DNA from: Candidatus Levyibacteriota bacterium
Lineage (GTDB): Bacteria > Patescibacteriota > Microgenomatia > Levybacterales > UBA12049
DNA: 64,000 nt
Reading direction: 5' to 3'
NCBI GenBank assembly: GCA_963722305.1
Contig: CAVRKE010000001.1
Span: 501,549 to 565,548 of the forward strand
Under the pieces are notes generated by a model. That model saw only the letters and a program-made list of their open reading frames with translations, was not told the DNA's origin and did no database searches. The first letter of the stretch is position 1. The number at the start of each line of letters is the position of its first letter. The position numbers and the translations under genes were made by a program. Of this stretch, positions 25,651 through 35,739 are shown one piece after another.

Positions 25651-26694
25651 TTATGCTGCTCTTTCTAACTGTCTGAAGATGGTTATCCCTTTATAGGCAG
25701 GAACAAAAGCGGTTATTCCCAAAGGGATTGTCGTTGTCTTAATAAAGCTTGTCGTTCCCCGGGGCTCCCCATCCTGTTCGAACGCAACTGGCTCTGCTAA
25801 ATTAATCACTGTTTGCCGTATTCGGCCCGACATTGCTACTAAAGGATTCTTCCTGCCTCTTAAAGCAAACGTGAGTAGTCCTCGGGGAAATATTTCCCAA
25901 CCTTCATCCCCTTCAATTAAAGTCATGTTTTGCCAACCGTCATTGACTTTGGCTCTGGGATGGAGTCTTCCACAAACATGCCATTGAGAATTACTGTATA
26001 TTACTTCCAGAAAGCGGATTGGTTTTGGCTTACCCCTCCTGCCAATAATTATTTCTCCCGACACTTCTCGATATGAACCTAAATCACGAAGACCGGCTTT
26101 AAAAAACGGCCATTTGCCGTCGCTCGTCTTTTCCTCTCCGTAAGCATGTACCATACTCATGGCGTGGGCTAAATAACCGGCATCTGCCACACCCAGATGT
26201 ATATCCTTGTTTCCCGATGAATCTTCTATCTCTCCAAAATCCATACCTTTTCTGACGCCGTTTTGCATGGCGAGGACTATTTCAGCGGCGCGTTTTGAGG
26301 CATGAAGGTCATGGTCGTAGTTATTGACGGTTCCGATTTGTACCGTGGCAATGGCTATTCTTTTTTCGGGACCGTTATCGAGAGCAGTAACCAAAGCCTC
26401 TCCTTTTTCTCTCTTTCTTTTCTCGGCATTAAGTACGCCTTTTGCTCCTTTATTAAGTCCTCCATCTCCGGTGGCCATCGCAATAATCGTGGCGCCTTTT
26501 TCAATGGACTTTTCCGTAAGTACTGTTTCGTCTCCCGCATGCTCCGTGTAACAAATGTCAATCAACCATCCGCCGGCCTGCAACCCTTTGGCGACATCAT
26601 TCACCAGTTTTAATCTTTCCTTCCTGCCCGCCTTTTCTCCACCATTAGGATTAACAATAAACGTAACGCGTTCGGGATTATCTCGTTCTAACAT
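25651..26694 (-). CDS. diacylglycerol-kinase-family lipid kinase (DAGK_cat domain, YegS/BmrU-like)
   Basis: TFIVNPNGGEKAG phosphate-binding start and GDGG motif (MATGDGGLN). Confidence 0.55.
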   Translation of the reverse strand: MLERDNPERVTFIVNPNGGEKAGRKERLKLVNDVAKGLQAGGWLIDICYTEHAGDETVLTEKSIEKGATIIAMATGDGGLNKGAKGVLNAEKRKREKGEALVTALDNGPEKRIAIATVQIGTVNNYDHDLHASKRAAEIVLAMQNGVRKGMDFGEIEDSSGNKDIHLGVADAGYLAHAMSMVHAYGEEKTSDGKWPFFKAGLRDLGSYREVSGEIIIGRRGKPKPIRFLEVIYSNSQWHVCGRLHPRAKVNDGWQNMTLIEGDEGWEIFPRGLLTFALRGRKNPLVAMSGRIRQTVINLAEPVAFEQDGEPRGTTSFIKTTTIPLGITAFVPAYKGITIFRQLERAA

Positions 26695-26785
26695 TAGGGC
26701 TGCATCATAGCAAGACTATTTGAGACTGTCAATTGCGAGGCTTTCTTTAATTGAAATAAGGTAGATGTAAGAATACAATATAAAT

Positions 26786-29323
26786 ATGGAAAACCAGACA
26801 ATCGATGCTTCTTTAGATCAACAGTTTTGGAAATTAACCTATGAAGACGTCTTAACCAAGCTACAAACAAGATTATCCGGCCTGACAGAAGCGGAAGTTT
26901 TAGAAAGACAAAAGTTATACGGCTTAAACACAATCCATAAAAGAAAAGTAAATCTTATTTCCATCATCCTTCGCCAATTTAAAAGCAATCCGTTAATTAT
27001 TATTCTGGCGCTGGCCACATTTATCTCTTTTTCCCTTGGCCAACAAATTAGCTCCTATTATATTTTCGGGATGATTCTGGTAAGCATACTTTTGGGGGTT
27101 TGGAACGAGTATGGAGCGGAAAAAACCGTAGATGCGCTCTTAAAAAAAATCTCTCCTACCGCCCTGGTTATTCGTAATGACCAAAAACTGGAAATCCCGA
27201 TTGCTCAATTAACAATCGGCGATGTTGTTTTACTCTCCGAAGGAAGCATTATTCCGGCAGATTTGCGCCTGATTACCACCAATGATTTGGAAGTAAACCA
27301 ATCCTCGCTCACCGGAGAGTCGAAAACATCCTTTAAGGTAGCAGAAAATTTGTCTGTTGCGCCTGAAGGACTAAGTAAAATGGCCAATATTGCTTTTATG
27401 GGAACCTCTGTTGACAGCGGCTCCGGAAAGGGAGTCGTGATTAAAATCGGCAAGGATACGGAATTTGGAAAAATTGCCAAAAGCACGCTGTATATTAAAC
27501 CGGAAACTGATTTTGAAAAAGGGCTGGCAAGCTTTGGAAGACTCTTAGTGAAAGTTATTTTCATTCTAACCGCTGTTATTTTTGCCGTTAATGCATTGCT
27601 CGGCCACCACCTGCTTGATTCCCTGCTTTTCTCCTTAGCGATTGCTGTTGGGCTTACACCGGAGCTTCTTCCGGTAATTGTCACCGTCAGTCTTTCTCAC
27701 GGAGCAGGCAAACTGGCCAAGAAAAAAGTGGTGGCAAAACAGTTAATTGCCATAGAAAACCTTGGTAACATGGATACGCTTTGTACGGACAAAACAGGCA
27801 CGCTCACCGAAGGCAATATTGAACTGATTGACTTTCTTGATACCAAGGGTGAGAAAAATATCAATGTTTTAACCTCCGCTTTGCTTTGCAACAGCGCAAT
27901 TATCCATCATAAGGTCATTGGTAATGGTATTGATGCGGCAATTTGGAAATATGCCATGAAAAATAATCATAAGCCCGACCCTTCCATTATTAAGCTTGAG
28001 GATGAGCCGTTTGATTACAACCGAAAAGCAATGTACTCGGTTGTGGCTGAAAAAGAAAGCCATACCCTAATCGTTAAAGGCGCACCTCAGGCCATTCTCT
28101 CGTACTGCAAGAAGGAAAAGCTGACCGAGGAATGGGAGAAAAAATTTGCAGGCTTAAACAACGACGGTTTAAGAGTTGTCGTCATTGCAACTAAAAAAGT
28201 GCAAAAGAAGGATGCTTATTCATGGGAGGATGCCGAAGAAGGCCTGACCCTTTTAGGCTACATGACCTTCTTAGATATCCCAAAACTGTCCGTAAAAGAG
28301 GCGCTGGTAAAACTAAAAAATTTAAATGTGGCGGTCAAGGTAATTACCGGCGATAATGAAATCGTCACCCAAAAAGTCTGCCGGGAAGTTGGGATGGAAG
28401 TAACAAAGGTGCTGCTTGGCGCTGAGATTGACAAGCTGGACGATGCAAAACTTAAAGAACAGGTAATAACGGCCAATGTTTTTGCACGCGTTACTCCCGA
28501 GCAAAAAATGCGGATTATCCAGGCAATCCGCGATAATGGACATACTGTCGGATATCTTGGAGACGGCATTAACGACATTCCTCCGCTTCGCAATAGCGAT
28601 GTGGGTATTTCCGTCAACACTGCCGTAGATGTAGCTAAAGATGCTGCGGCAATAGTGCTTCTGCGGAAAAGTCTTGACGTGATTGCGGATGGGATTATGG
28701 AAGGAAGAAAAACCTTTAATAATACTATCAAGTATATCCTGATGGGAACCAGCTCTAATTTTGGCAATATGTTTTCGGCTGCCGGAGCCTCTTTTTTCCT
28801 TCCTTTTTTGCCGATGACTCCCGTGCAAATCCTGCTTACCAACGGCTTGTATGATATGTCGCAACTGACCATACCAACGGATAACGTCGACCAAGAAAGT
28901 CTTATAAAACCACGGCATTGGAATATTAATTTCATCCGAGACTATATGGTCTTTTTTGGACCAATCAGCTCTTTGTATGATTTTCTTACTTTTGGTGTGA
29001 TGTATTTCCTTTTTAAAGCCAGAGGCCCGCTTTTCCAAACCGGTTGGTTTATTGAATCGATGGCGACTGAAATCTTGGTGATTTTTGTCATCCGCACCTC
29101 GCGAACACCTTTCTTTCTAAGCAAGCCCAGCAAGTGGCTGCTTGGAGCGTGTGTCATCATCGTTGGACTATCATTGCTGATTCCTTTTTCTCCTCTAGCG
29201 GCCGACTTGGGATTTGTTACTCCTCCCCCGCTTTACTTTATAATTCTGATCCTCCTGGTCTCAACTTATCTTCTGCTGGTGGAAACATTAAAACGCATAT
29301 TTCTTAAGAATTACAGTCTGTAG
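26786..29323 (+). CDS. cation-transporting P-type ATPase (MgtA/Ca2+-ATPase-like)
   Basis: CTDKTGTLT phosphorylation motif, GDGINDIPPLRNSDVGIS hinge motif, ~10 transmembrane helices, 845 aa. Confidence 0.85.
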   Translation: MENQTIDASLDQQFWKLTYEDVLTKLQTRLSGLTEAEVLERQKLYGLNTIHKRKVNLISIILRQFKSNPLIIILALATFISFSLGQQISSYYIFGMILVSILLGVWNEYGAEKTVDALLKKISPTALVIRNDQKLEIPIAQLTIGDVVLLSEGSIIPADLRLITTNDLEVNQSSLTGESKTSFKVAENLSVAPEGLSKMANIAFMGTSVDSGSGKGVVIKIGKDTEFGKIAKSTLYIKPETDFEKGLASFGRLLVKVIFILTAVIFAVNALLGHHLLDSLLFSLAIAVGLTPELLPVIVTVSLSHGAGKLAKKKVVAKQLIAIENLGNMDTLCTDKTGTLTEGNIELIDFLDTKGEKNINVLTSALLCNSAIIHHKVIGNGIDAAIWKYAMKNNHKPDPSIIKLEDEPFDYNRKAMYSVVAEKESHTLIVKGAPQAILSYCKKEKLTEEWEKKFAGLNNDGLRVVVIATKKVQKKDAYSWEDAEEGLTLLGYMTFLDIPKLSVKEALVKLKNLNVAVKVITGDNEIVTQKVCREVGMEVTKVLLGAEIDKLDDAKLKEQVITANVFARVTPEQKMRIIQAIRDNGHTVGYLGDGINDIPPLRNSDVGISVNTAVDVAKDAAAIVLLRKSLDVIADGIMEGRKTFNNTIKYILMGTSSNFGNMFSAAGASFFLPFLPMTPVQILLTNGLYDMSQLTIPTDNVDQESLIKPRHWNINFIRDYMVFFGPISSLYDFLTFGVMYFLFKARGPLFQTGWFIESMATEILVIFVIRTSRTPFFLSKPSKWLLGACVIIVGLSLLIPFSPLAADLGFVTPPPLYFIILILLVSTYLLLVETLKRIFLKNYSL

Positions 29324-29414
29324 GAATAATCTTGGGAATGGTTTCGCATTCGATTGAAGGAAAAGAACTGTTAAAACTTTTGGAAGAAATCAGAAAACTT
29401 TTCGAGACAAATTC

Positions 29415-30266
29415 GGGTTCTCCTACCCTGTTGGTAAAGCATGTAGCGTGTTTTGCAAGTAATGGTAAGGAGATTTAAACATTTCCGGTCTGGAAAATCT
29501 GCAGTAAAATTCACAGACATATTCTTCAAGCTTTTCTTCACTGACATGGTGGTACATCCTCCGGATAAAAGTCCTTAAAACGCCAAACATTCCTTCAATT
29601 TCAGAGGTGTTGGTAAACTCAAATTTCTTGTGAATGTCTGTCATATGGAATAGAGGATAATACTTATCAATATTTTTGTAAATAGTAGAGCCATCTGTAT
29701 TTAGTTGAGACTCTGGTTTAACGTAAGTTCTAACAAAATCAATTGCATCTTTCTTCGCTGGGGCATCAGAGGAGAGGATTTGATAAGCAAGCTTTCTGGT
29801 TCCTCTCTCCTTTCCCATGAGAAGTGCGGTATTACCAAATCTGCCAAAGTAGGCCTCATCAAGCTGGACAATATGCTCTAGAAGCCTCTGATCTCTTGGT
29901 AATTGTTCTCTGAACAAGTCAAAGTAATGTCTGACTCCCTTCTCAGACAAAGAAGTTAGATCTTCAGTCTGTTTAACCGGCATTTGTTTTGTCCAGCACC
30001 AGAGAATTAACCAAAATCTCTGCAAAGGAATCTTCACATTGCAAAGCCAGGTATGGGAAAACAGCGAGAACTTAATCTGACATTGTCTACATCTGTATCT
30101 TTTTTCAAAGCGAACAATATTCCAGGATTTGCACTTTGGACAGAAGATATTTCTACCAAAAACAGTTCTTCTGAGAAACTTTTTAATCTGGGCATCCGTA
30201 GGTACTTGTTTTAAATGGTACATAATCATATTCTAACGATTTTGTACCAACAGGGTGGGATTACCC
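29415..30266 (-). mobile_element. IS1595-family insertion sequence, intact copy B (852 bp)
   Basis: Same terminal inverted repeats as copy A. Perfect 8-bp target-site duplication ACAAATTC at 29407-29414 and 30267-30274. Confidence 0.9.
29423..30229 (-). CDS. IS1595-family transposase (zinc-ribbon plus DDE)
   Basis: 268-aa product. N-terminal CPKC...CRQC, then a DDE_Tnp_IS1595-like body. Confidence 0.85.
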   Translation of the reverse strand: MIMYHLKQVPTDAQIKKFLRRTVFGRNIFCPKCKSWNIVRFEKRYRCRQCQIKFSLFSHTWLCNVKIPLQRFWLILWCWTKQMPVKQTEDLTSLSEKGVRHYFDLFREQLPRDQRLLEHIVQLDEAYFGRFGNTALLMGKERGTRKLAYQILSSDAPAKKDAIDFVRTYVKPESQLNTDGSTIYKNIDKYYPLFHMTDIHKKFEFTNTSEIEGMFGVLRTFIRRMYHHVSEEKLEEYVCEFYCRFSRPEMFKSPYHYLQNTLHALPTG

Positions 30267-30461
30267 ACAAATTCCTTATTGAAAGGCTAAATTTGGGCTG
30301 ATATAATTTAAATTTATGAATAGACGTGAAAGACAAAGAATAAGACAAAAACAAATGCCAGTAACATCCCCATCAGTTTTGTGCCCGCCGGAGAAAGCGG
30401 TTCTTTGTGGCGCACTTAAAGGTAAATGTGACTTGGTAAGAGTAGGCCAAACTGCTGCAGT

Positions 30462-30653
30462 TTATGAAAGAGATGGCGGAAATTCAGCTGATTTACTTGG
30501 AAGAACTACAGCAGTTATAAGTGCCAGGAGATGCACCGAGGACGCAATAAGGACATATCTTCCACCTGCCGCCAGACCAGCATATAGGCCAGCTCCCGAC
30601 AAGCTTCCATCCATATTTAGATCATAATCTAACAGTAATTCTAAAGAAAACAC
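30462..30653 (-). CDS. possible small Gly/Ala-rich membrane protein
   Basis: 63-aa ORF overlapped by an implausible Arg-rich + strand ORF. Weak call. Confidence 0.2.
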   Translation of the reverse strand: MFSLELLLDYDLNMDGSLSGAGLYAGLAAGGRYVLIASSVHLLALITAVVLPSKSAEFPPSLS

Positions 30654-30665
30654 TGGATAAGAAAA

Positions 30666-31325
30666 CTAAAGAAAAAGAAGCGAGAAGATGCCCATTGATG
30701 CACCAAGCATTGAGCCGCCGATGACGTCGGACAACCAGTGCTCCCCCAGATAAATTCTGGAAATGAACATTAAAGCCGCAAAAATAATGATCGAACAATA
30801 CAGCAATCGTTTTTGAACTTTTGAAAGCCGTTTCAGATGATAGATAATAAATATCAAAATCGTCGAAATGAACAATGTCCTGGCCAAATGACCGGAGGGA
30901 TATGATGAGCCGGGTTGGACATAAGAAGTGGGAAACTGGAAAGGAATATCATAGCGAAAGAAAAGGTATGGTGGTCCCGGATGAGCAACAAAAGCTTTCC
31001 CGAAAAGTTCTAAAAGATGGAAGAAGCCAAAAATACACAGAACAAAAATAAACCTCAATTTCCGAATAAAGAACCATAAAATAAGCAGTAATACACTCAC
31101 AATTTCAAAGCTTCCGACCAGGCTTAAAAGCGAAAAAAAGAAGTCAAAGCGTCTGGGAATTTTGTTTTGCAACCTGACCGTCGTATCAAAATCCAAGTGA
31201 ACAAAAAGGTTTTTGTGGACTAGGTAAGAGAACAAGATAAAAACAATGAACAATGAAATGCCAAAAATTGCCGGGAGCAGTTTGGGCGAAGTCCTGAGGG
31301 GTTGATCCGAAGGATTTTTCTTCAT
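30666..31325 (-). CDS. PAP2-family membrane phosphatase (phosphatidic acid / undecaprenyl-diphosphate phosphatase-like)
   Basis: YPSGH and SRIYLGEHWLSDVIGG motifs (PAP2 motifs 2 and 3) plus transmembrane segments. Confidence 0.7.
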   Translation of the reverse strand: MKKNPSDQPLRTSPKLLPAIFGISLFIVFILFSYLVHKNLFVHLDFDTTVRLQNKIPRRFDFFFSLLSLVGSFEIVSVLLLILWFFIRKLRFIFVLCIFGFFHLLELFGKAFVAHPGPPYLFFRYDIPFQFPTSYVQPGSSYPSGHLARTLFISTILIFIIYHLKRLSKVQKRLLYCSIIIFAALMFISRIYLGEHWLSDVIGGSMLGASMGIFSLLFL

Positions 31326-32206
31326 TAGTCTAATTTGAGTTCCTTTAGGAATTTTTTAAATTCTCCGTTGATATCGGGATGCTTTAGCCCCCACTCAACT
31401 ACTGTTTTCATATATTCCAATTTATTGCCGGTGTCATAATACTTGGCATCTTTTATCTCCACCGCGTACAAAGGCACACCTTGTTCTTTTAACTTATTAA
31501 TGGCGTCTACCAACCACACTTCCCCGCCCTGTCCCGGCGCTAAATTCCTCAAGGCAGCAAAAATTTGCGGCGGCAAAATGTATCCGCCGTGGGTTGCCAG
31601 ATTGGACGGGGCTTTGTCCGGTTCGGGTTTTTCGACAATTTCGTTGATCTTGTAAACATTGCCTTCAACCTGGGTGACGTCGGCAATTCCGTATCTTTTT
31701 AAGTCTTCCTTTTTGTCTATCCTCACTCCGGAAATAACAATCCCCCCGTATTTTTCGTAAACGCCAATCATTTGCGAAAGGCGCGGAGGTGTGGCATAAA
31801 TAAATTCATCTCCCCACAAAACCGCAAACGGTTCGTCTTCGATGGCCGGCTCCGCCGACAAAATCGGCGTACCGTTGCCATACGGGCCCTTTTGCCTGAT
31901 GTAAATAAAGTTGGCCATTTCGGCCAGTTTATTAATCTGCTCAACGAATTCGGTCTTACCGCCATCCTTGAGATTTTTAAGCAGCTCCGAATTCGGCACA
32001 TCAAAATGGTCTTCGATAGCCCGCTTGGCCGAGCCGGTGACAATAATCACATCCCGTATTCCCGACCCCACCGCCTCCTCAACCACATATTGGATAACCG
32101 GTTTATCAACAATCGGCAGCATTTCTTTAGGCATGGCTTTAGTCTGGGGCAAAAAGCGGGTGCCAAACCCGGCGGCGGGGATAACAACCTTGCGAATCTT
32201 CTTCAT
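31325..32206 (-). CDS. galU: UTP--glucose-1-phosphate uridylyltransferase
   Basis: KVVIPAAGFGTRFLPQTKAMPKEMLPIVDKPVIQYVVEEA. Start set at MKKIRK (32206) rather than the upstream Met at 32284. Confidence 0.85.
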   Translation of the reverse strand: MKKIRKVVIPAAGFGTRFLPQTKAMPKEMLPIVDKPVIQYVVEEAVGSGIRDVIIVTGSAKRAIEDHFDVPNSELLKNLKDGGKTEFVEQINKLAEMANFIYIRQKGPYGNGTPILSAEPAIEDEPFAVLWGDEFIYATPPRLSQMIGVYEKYGGIVISGVRIDKKEDLKRYGIADVTQVEGNVYKINEIVEKPEPDKAPSNLATHGGYILPPQIFAALRNLAPGQGGEVWLVDAINKLKEQGVPLYAVEIKDAKYYDTGNKLEYMKTVVEWGLKHPDINGEFKKFLKELKLD

Positions 32207-32346
32207 ATGCTTTCTGCATTGTAATGCTTTACGCGATTTCCTGTCAACCCTGTTAAATACCAGCGAAGCTGGTGCTTTTAGCATTTAATAGGGTCAACAT
32301 TTGACTTTCAAAACTTATCCTGCTTTACTTAAATTAAGCTGAATTT

Positions 32347-33795
32347 ATGCCCGACCAGAAAATACTAGATTATATTAAGACCGAAGAACAAAAAGGTTTT
32401 GCTAAAGCTACTATCACAACTGCTCTCTTAAAAATCGGCTGGCCACAAACACAAATCGACGAAGCTTTTGCAAGCCTTAATAATCAAACTCCGGCTGCGC
32501 CCGTAAGTCAAACTCCAAAACAAACTCCTCCCCAAATCTCTAACTACCTCCCGGGGGTAAAACAGCTTTTTGGCCAGGCTTGGCAAATTGAAAAAGACAG
32601 ATTCAAAACAATCGGGGCCATCATGCTATTTCCGTTTGCTTTTCTAATTATCGGCCTCATCGTTGGCCTTATCGGTATTTTTGCAAAACAAAATTTAATT
32701 GCAATTGCCGTGATTGGCATTGCTGCCCTTTTCACGATTGTTTTTAACATTTGCGCTCCAATTGCGCTGATACTGGCAATTAAATACAGGCATGAAAAAA
32801 TTGGCTTTAGGCAAGCTTATACAAAAAGCATCGGCAAGGCAATCCCGTTAATTATTCTTTCTATTTTATCCGGACTTATAGCCCTTACCGGCCTTATTCT
32901 TTTTATAGTTCCAGCGTTTATTTTTGGCATCTGGTTTAGCATGGCAATTTATGCATTGGTAAGCGATGATGCCGGAATAATTGCATCATTAAAATTAAGC
33001 AAACAATACGTAAACGGTAAGTTTTTTGCCGTACTTTATCGGTTTATCGGCTTTAGTATTATCATCTTTTTGCTTTCTCTATTGATTGGTCTGATTCCTA
33101 TTGTTAATTTATTTTTGGGGATTATAAATTTGCTGGTACTTAGTCCCCTTTCCACAATTTATAGTTATTTGCTCTATGAAAACCTGAAAAATTTGAACGG
33201 AAAACCGATTTCGAATCAGCCAAGCAAACTGTTTGTCTCGCTTATTCTATTTTTATTAGCCTTGATTGCATTTCTGCTTTTGCTGGTTTTAGCCTATGTG
33301 ATACCAAATTTAATTAAAAACTACAGCAAGCCACCAACAGCTTATCAATACAAACAAACTCTGCCAAATAAGAATTTGAATTCTCTTCCTGCTCAGACTC
33401 CTATGCCGACTCAAAGTGTGAATCCATCGCAAATTCCTGCTCCGATTGAGGCTACTGGTTCGGCCGAAACTCCTACCTGCACTATTGACTGGAGTAATTT
33501 CCCGCCCTTGATAATCACTGGGCAACCATATACGTTTTCGGTTATGTTTAATTCCAATTTCGGCACAGCCATGCCCTCTGTCTATATCTATCCTGGCGGA
33601 CAGGCTCTCTACCGAGACAGCAATTCTTCCGGCTCTAATTTAAATTCGGTAACTGTAACCGTTGGCCTTACAGGCCCGACAAACGGGACCTACACTCTTA
33701 AACCATATCTTGATAATTCTTCCGCACAAGGTGTTGAGTGCAACGAAAAAACATTTACTGTCGGGGAACAAAATCAACCTTCCCCAACTCCTTAA
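32347..33795 (+). CDS. hypothetical polytopic membrane protein with an extracellular Thr/Pro/Ser-rich C-terminal domain
   Basis: Soluble N-terminal domain, ~8 transmembrane helices, low-complexity linker. Confidence 0.5.
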   Translation: MPDQKILDYIKTEEQKGFAKATITTALLKIGWPQTQIDEAFASLNNQTPAAPVSQTPKQTPPQISNYLPGVKQLFGQAWQIEKDRFKTIGAIMLFPFAFLIIGLIVGLIGIFAKQNLIAIAVIGIAALFTIVFNICAPIALILAIKYRHEKIGFRQAYTKSIGKAIPLIILSILSGLIALTGLILFIVPAFIFGIWFSMAIYALVSDDAGIIASLKLSKQYVNGKFFAVLYRFIGFSIIIFLLSLLIGLIPIVNLFLGIINLLVLSPLSTIYSYLLYENLKNLNGKPISNQPSKLFVSLILFLLALIAFLLLLVLAYVIPNLIKNYSKPPTAYQYKQTLPNKNLNSLPAQTPMPTQSVNPSQIPAPIEATGSAETPTCTIDWSNFPPLIITGQPYTFSVMFNSNFGTAMPSVYIYPGGQALYRDSNSSGSNLNSVTVTVGLTGPTNGTYTLKPYLDNSSAQGVECNEKTFTVGEQNQPSPTP

Positions 33796-33874
33796 ACTCT
33801 TTCTTTACATGCCCCTAAATTTCTGTTAAAATGTTGACAAATCCCATTATCCTAGTGTATTGGGATTTTAATTT

Positions 33875-34063
33875 ATGGCAACCACCCCGGCAAATTTTTT
33901 ACGCGAAGTTCGGGATGAACTGAAAAAAGTTGTCTGGCCGACCCGGGACGAAATAATCAGGCTTACGGGCGTTGTCATATTGGTCAGTTTACTGGTTGGA
34001 GTTTTCCTGGGTGGAACCGACTTTATTTTGACTAAATTAGTTGCAATATTAGTAACCAGATAA
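33875..34063 (+). CDS. secE: preprotein translocase subunit SecE
   Basis: 62 aa. FLREVRDELKKVVWPTRDE followed by a single transmembrane helix. Confidence 0.8.
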   Translation: MATTPANFLREVRDELKKVVWPTRDEIIRLTGVVILVSLLVGVFLGGTDFILTKLVAILVTR

Positions 34064-34069
34064 TAAATT

Positions 34070-34861
34070 ATGACCGACAATAAAAAGACAAAAATTGAAG
34101 AAACACCTGAAGATACAACTCTGGTCGAAAAAGCTGTTGAAGAAGAAAAAACCGAACAAAAAGTCGAAGAAGTTGTCGACGAGGTGATTGAAGAGAAAAC
34201 CGAGCAAACGGAGAACAGCGAAATCCCGAGCGCAGCCGAGGGAGAAACCCCTGAAGGAAACGAAGTTTCCGAAGGGACCGAAGAGACTAAGGAAGAACCC
34301 GCAGTTGAAGAAACGCCCGCACCCGCTTCCTTGTCCGATGACGCCAAATGGTACATTGTCCACACTTATTCCGGACATGAAAACAAAGTTTCCAAATCCC
34401 TAAGGCAGCGCATTGAATCGATGGGTTTTGAAGACCGCATTTTTGACATTATTGTTCCGACCCGCGAAACCTTTAAAGTTTCCGGCGGTAAAAAAGAAAC
34501 AGTTAAAGAAAAGATTTTCCCCGGCTATGTCTTGGTCAAAATGATTTTGGACGACGAAAGTTGGCTTCTGGTTAGAACCACCCAGGGCGTCACCGCTTTT
34601 ATCGGCGCCGGCAACAAACCGACCCCGATTTCCGACAAAGAAGTGGCGGCCATCCAAAAGTTTATGGCCACCGAAGAACCATTATACAAAGCCTCTTTTG
34701 TGGTTGGCGAAGCGGTCAAGATTACGGACGGGCCGTTTACCGATTTCCTCGGCACCATTGACAATATTGACGAATCCAAGGGAAAACTGAAGGTTTTGGT
34801 AAGCATTTTCGGACGAGAAACTCCTGTTGAGCTAGATTTTCTCCAAGTATCAAAATTATAA
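34070..34861 (+). CDS. nusG: transcription termination/antitermination factor NusG with an acidic N-terminal extension
   Basis: NGN domain (KWYIVHTYSGHENKV), KOW motif (GEAVKITDGPFTDFLGTI), ~95-aa Glu-rich N-terminal extension. Confidence 0.9.
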   Translation: MTDNKKTKIEETPEDTTLVEKAVEEEKTEQKVEEVVDEVIEEKTEQTENSEIPSAAEGETPEGNEVSEGTEETKEEPAVEETPAPASLSDDAKWYIVHTYSGHENKVSKSLRQRIESMGFEDRIFDIIVPTRETFKVSGGKKETVKEKIFPGYVLVKMILDDESWLLVRTTQGVTAFIGAGNKPTPISDKEVAAIQKFMATEEPLYKASFVVGEAVKITDGPFTDFLGTIDNIDESKGKLKVLVSIFGRETPVELDFLQVSKL

Positions 34862-34873
34862 TAATGAAAATCT

Positions 34874-34968
34874 AGCGAAATCCTGAGCGTTAGCGAAGGA
34901 TTGAATACGGCTTCTTGCAAGTGAGTAAGCTTTAGCTTACGAAATCCTGAGCGAAAGCGAAGGATCAG
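34874..34968. repeat. two copies of a ~28-nt intergenic repeat (AGCGARATCCTKAGCG-NTAGCGAAGGA)
   Basis: 34874-34903 and 34939-34968. Related copies at 44501-44530 and 45858-45887. Confidence 0.7.
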
Positions 34969-35203
34969 TAGACATTTTAAGATAGAATAAGTATAATAGA
35001 AAAACTTATTACGAGTCTGGGAGACCGTAAGGTCGTTTGAACCAGTAGATAAGAACCTCTTTTTGAGACTTTTCTACTTTCAAATTTTCAGTTTTAATAA
35101 TAATTTTTGCGGGGAGCTTGCAAAATTTTTGAAGGACGACAAGCGAATTACGGGTCCGAAAAAATTTTCGTAAGCGACCCAAGCAAATCTTTAGAAAGTA
35201 AAT

Positions 35204-35314
35204 ATGGCTAAAAAGATTAAGACAATCATTAAAATTAACATTCCGGCCGGAGCAGCCCGCCTGCCATCGCTGGTAGCTCAGGCATGGAACGCTATTATGA
35301 AAGGACGAAATTAA
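35204..35314 (+). CDS. 36-codon uORF duplicating the N-terminus of L11; stops 1 nt before the rplK start
   Basis: MAKKIKTIIKINIPAG is identical to the rplK N-terminus, with 11 synonymous and 0 non-synonymous codon differences. The rest is a frame-shifted decayed copy of rplK 5' sequence. Confidence 0.5.
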   Translation: MAKKIKTIIKINIPAGAARLPSLVAQAWNAIMKGRN

Positions 35315-35315
35315 A

Positions 35316-35738
35316 GTGGCGAAGAAAATCAAGACAATAATTAAGATAAATATACCTGCCGGGCAGGCCACGCCTGCGCCACCGGTGGGAACGGCTTTGG
35401 GACCACACGGATTACCGATTATGGAGTTCGTCAAGGCCTTTAACGACAGGACTGCCGAGCAAAAAGGCACCATTGTTCCGGCTGTAATTACCGTTTACGA
35501 AGACCGCACTTTTTCGTTCATTGTCAAAAAATCTCCGATTGCGGAAATGATTAAAAAAGCGATGAACCTGGAGAAAGGTTCCGGCAAACCGGGGACAGAA
35601 TCGGCAGGAACATTGACTAAAACTCAGGCCGAGCAAATTGCCAAAGACAAGCTGGAAGATTTGAATACCGACGACGTGACTCAAGCTGTCAAAATTGTGG
35701 AAGGAGTCGCCCGCTCAATGGGCATCAAAGTACAATAA
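35316..35738 (+). CDS. rplK: 50S ribosomal protein L11 (GTG start)
   Basis: PPVGTALGPHGLPIMEFVKAFN...VITVYEDRTFSF is canonical L11. Confidence 0.9.
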   Translation: MAKKIKTIIKINIPAGQATPAPPVGTALGPHGLPIMEFVKAFNDRTAEQKGTIVPAVITVYEDRTFSFIVKKSPIAEMIKKAMNLEKGSGKPGTESAGTLTKTQAEQIAKDKLEDLNTDDVTQAVKIVEGVARSMGIKVQ

Positions 35739-35739
35739 T

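Noticed and set aside
30316-30627. 103-aa + strand ORF between IS1595 copy B and the PAP2 gene
   Set aside because: Arg/Pro-rich, non-protein-like composition, overlapping a more plausible minus-strand small ORF. Likely spurious.
33868-35473. Minus-strand ORFs (165, 109, 85, 131, 154 aa) across secE, nusG and rplK
   Set aside because: Antisense to strongly supported conserved genes. Low-complexity translations.
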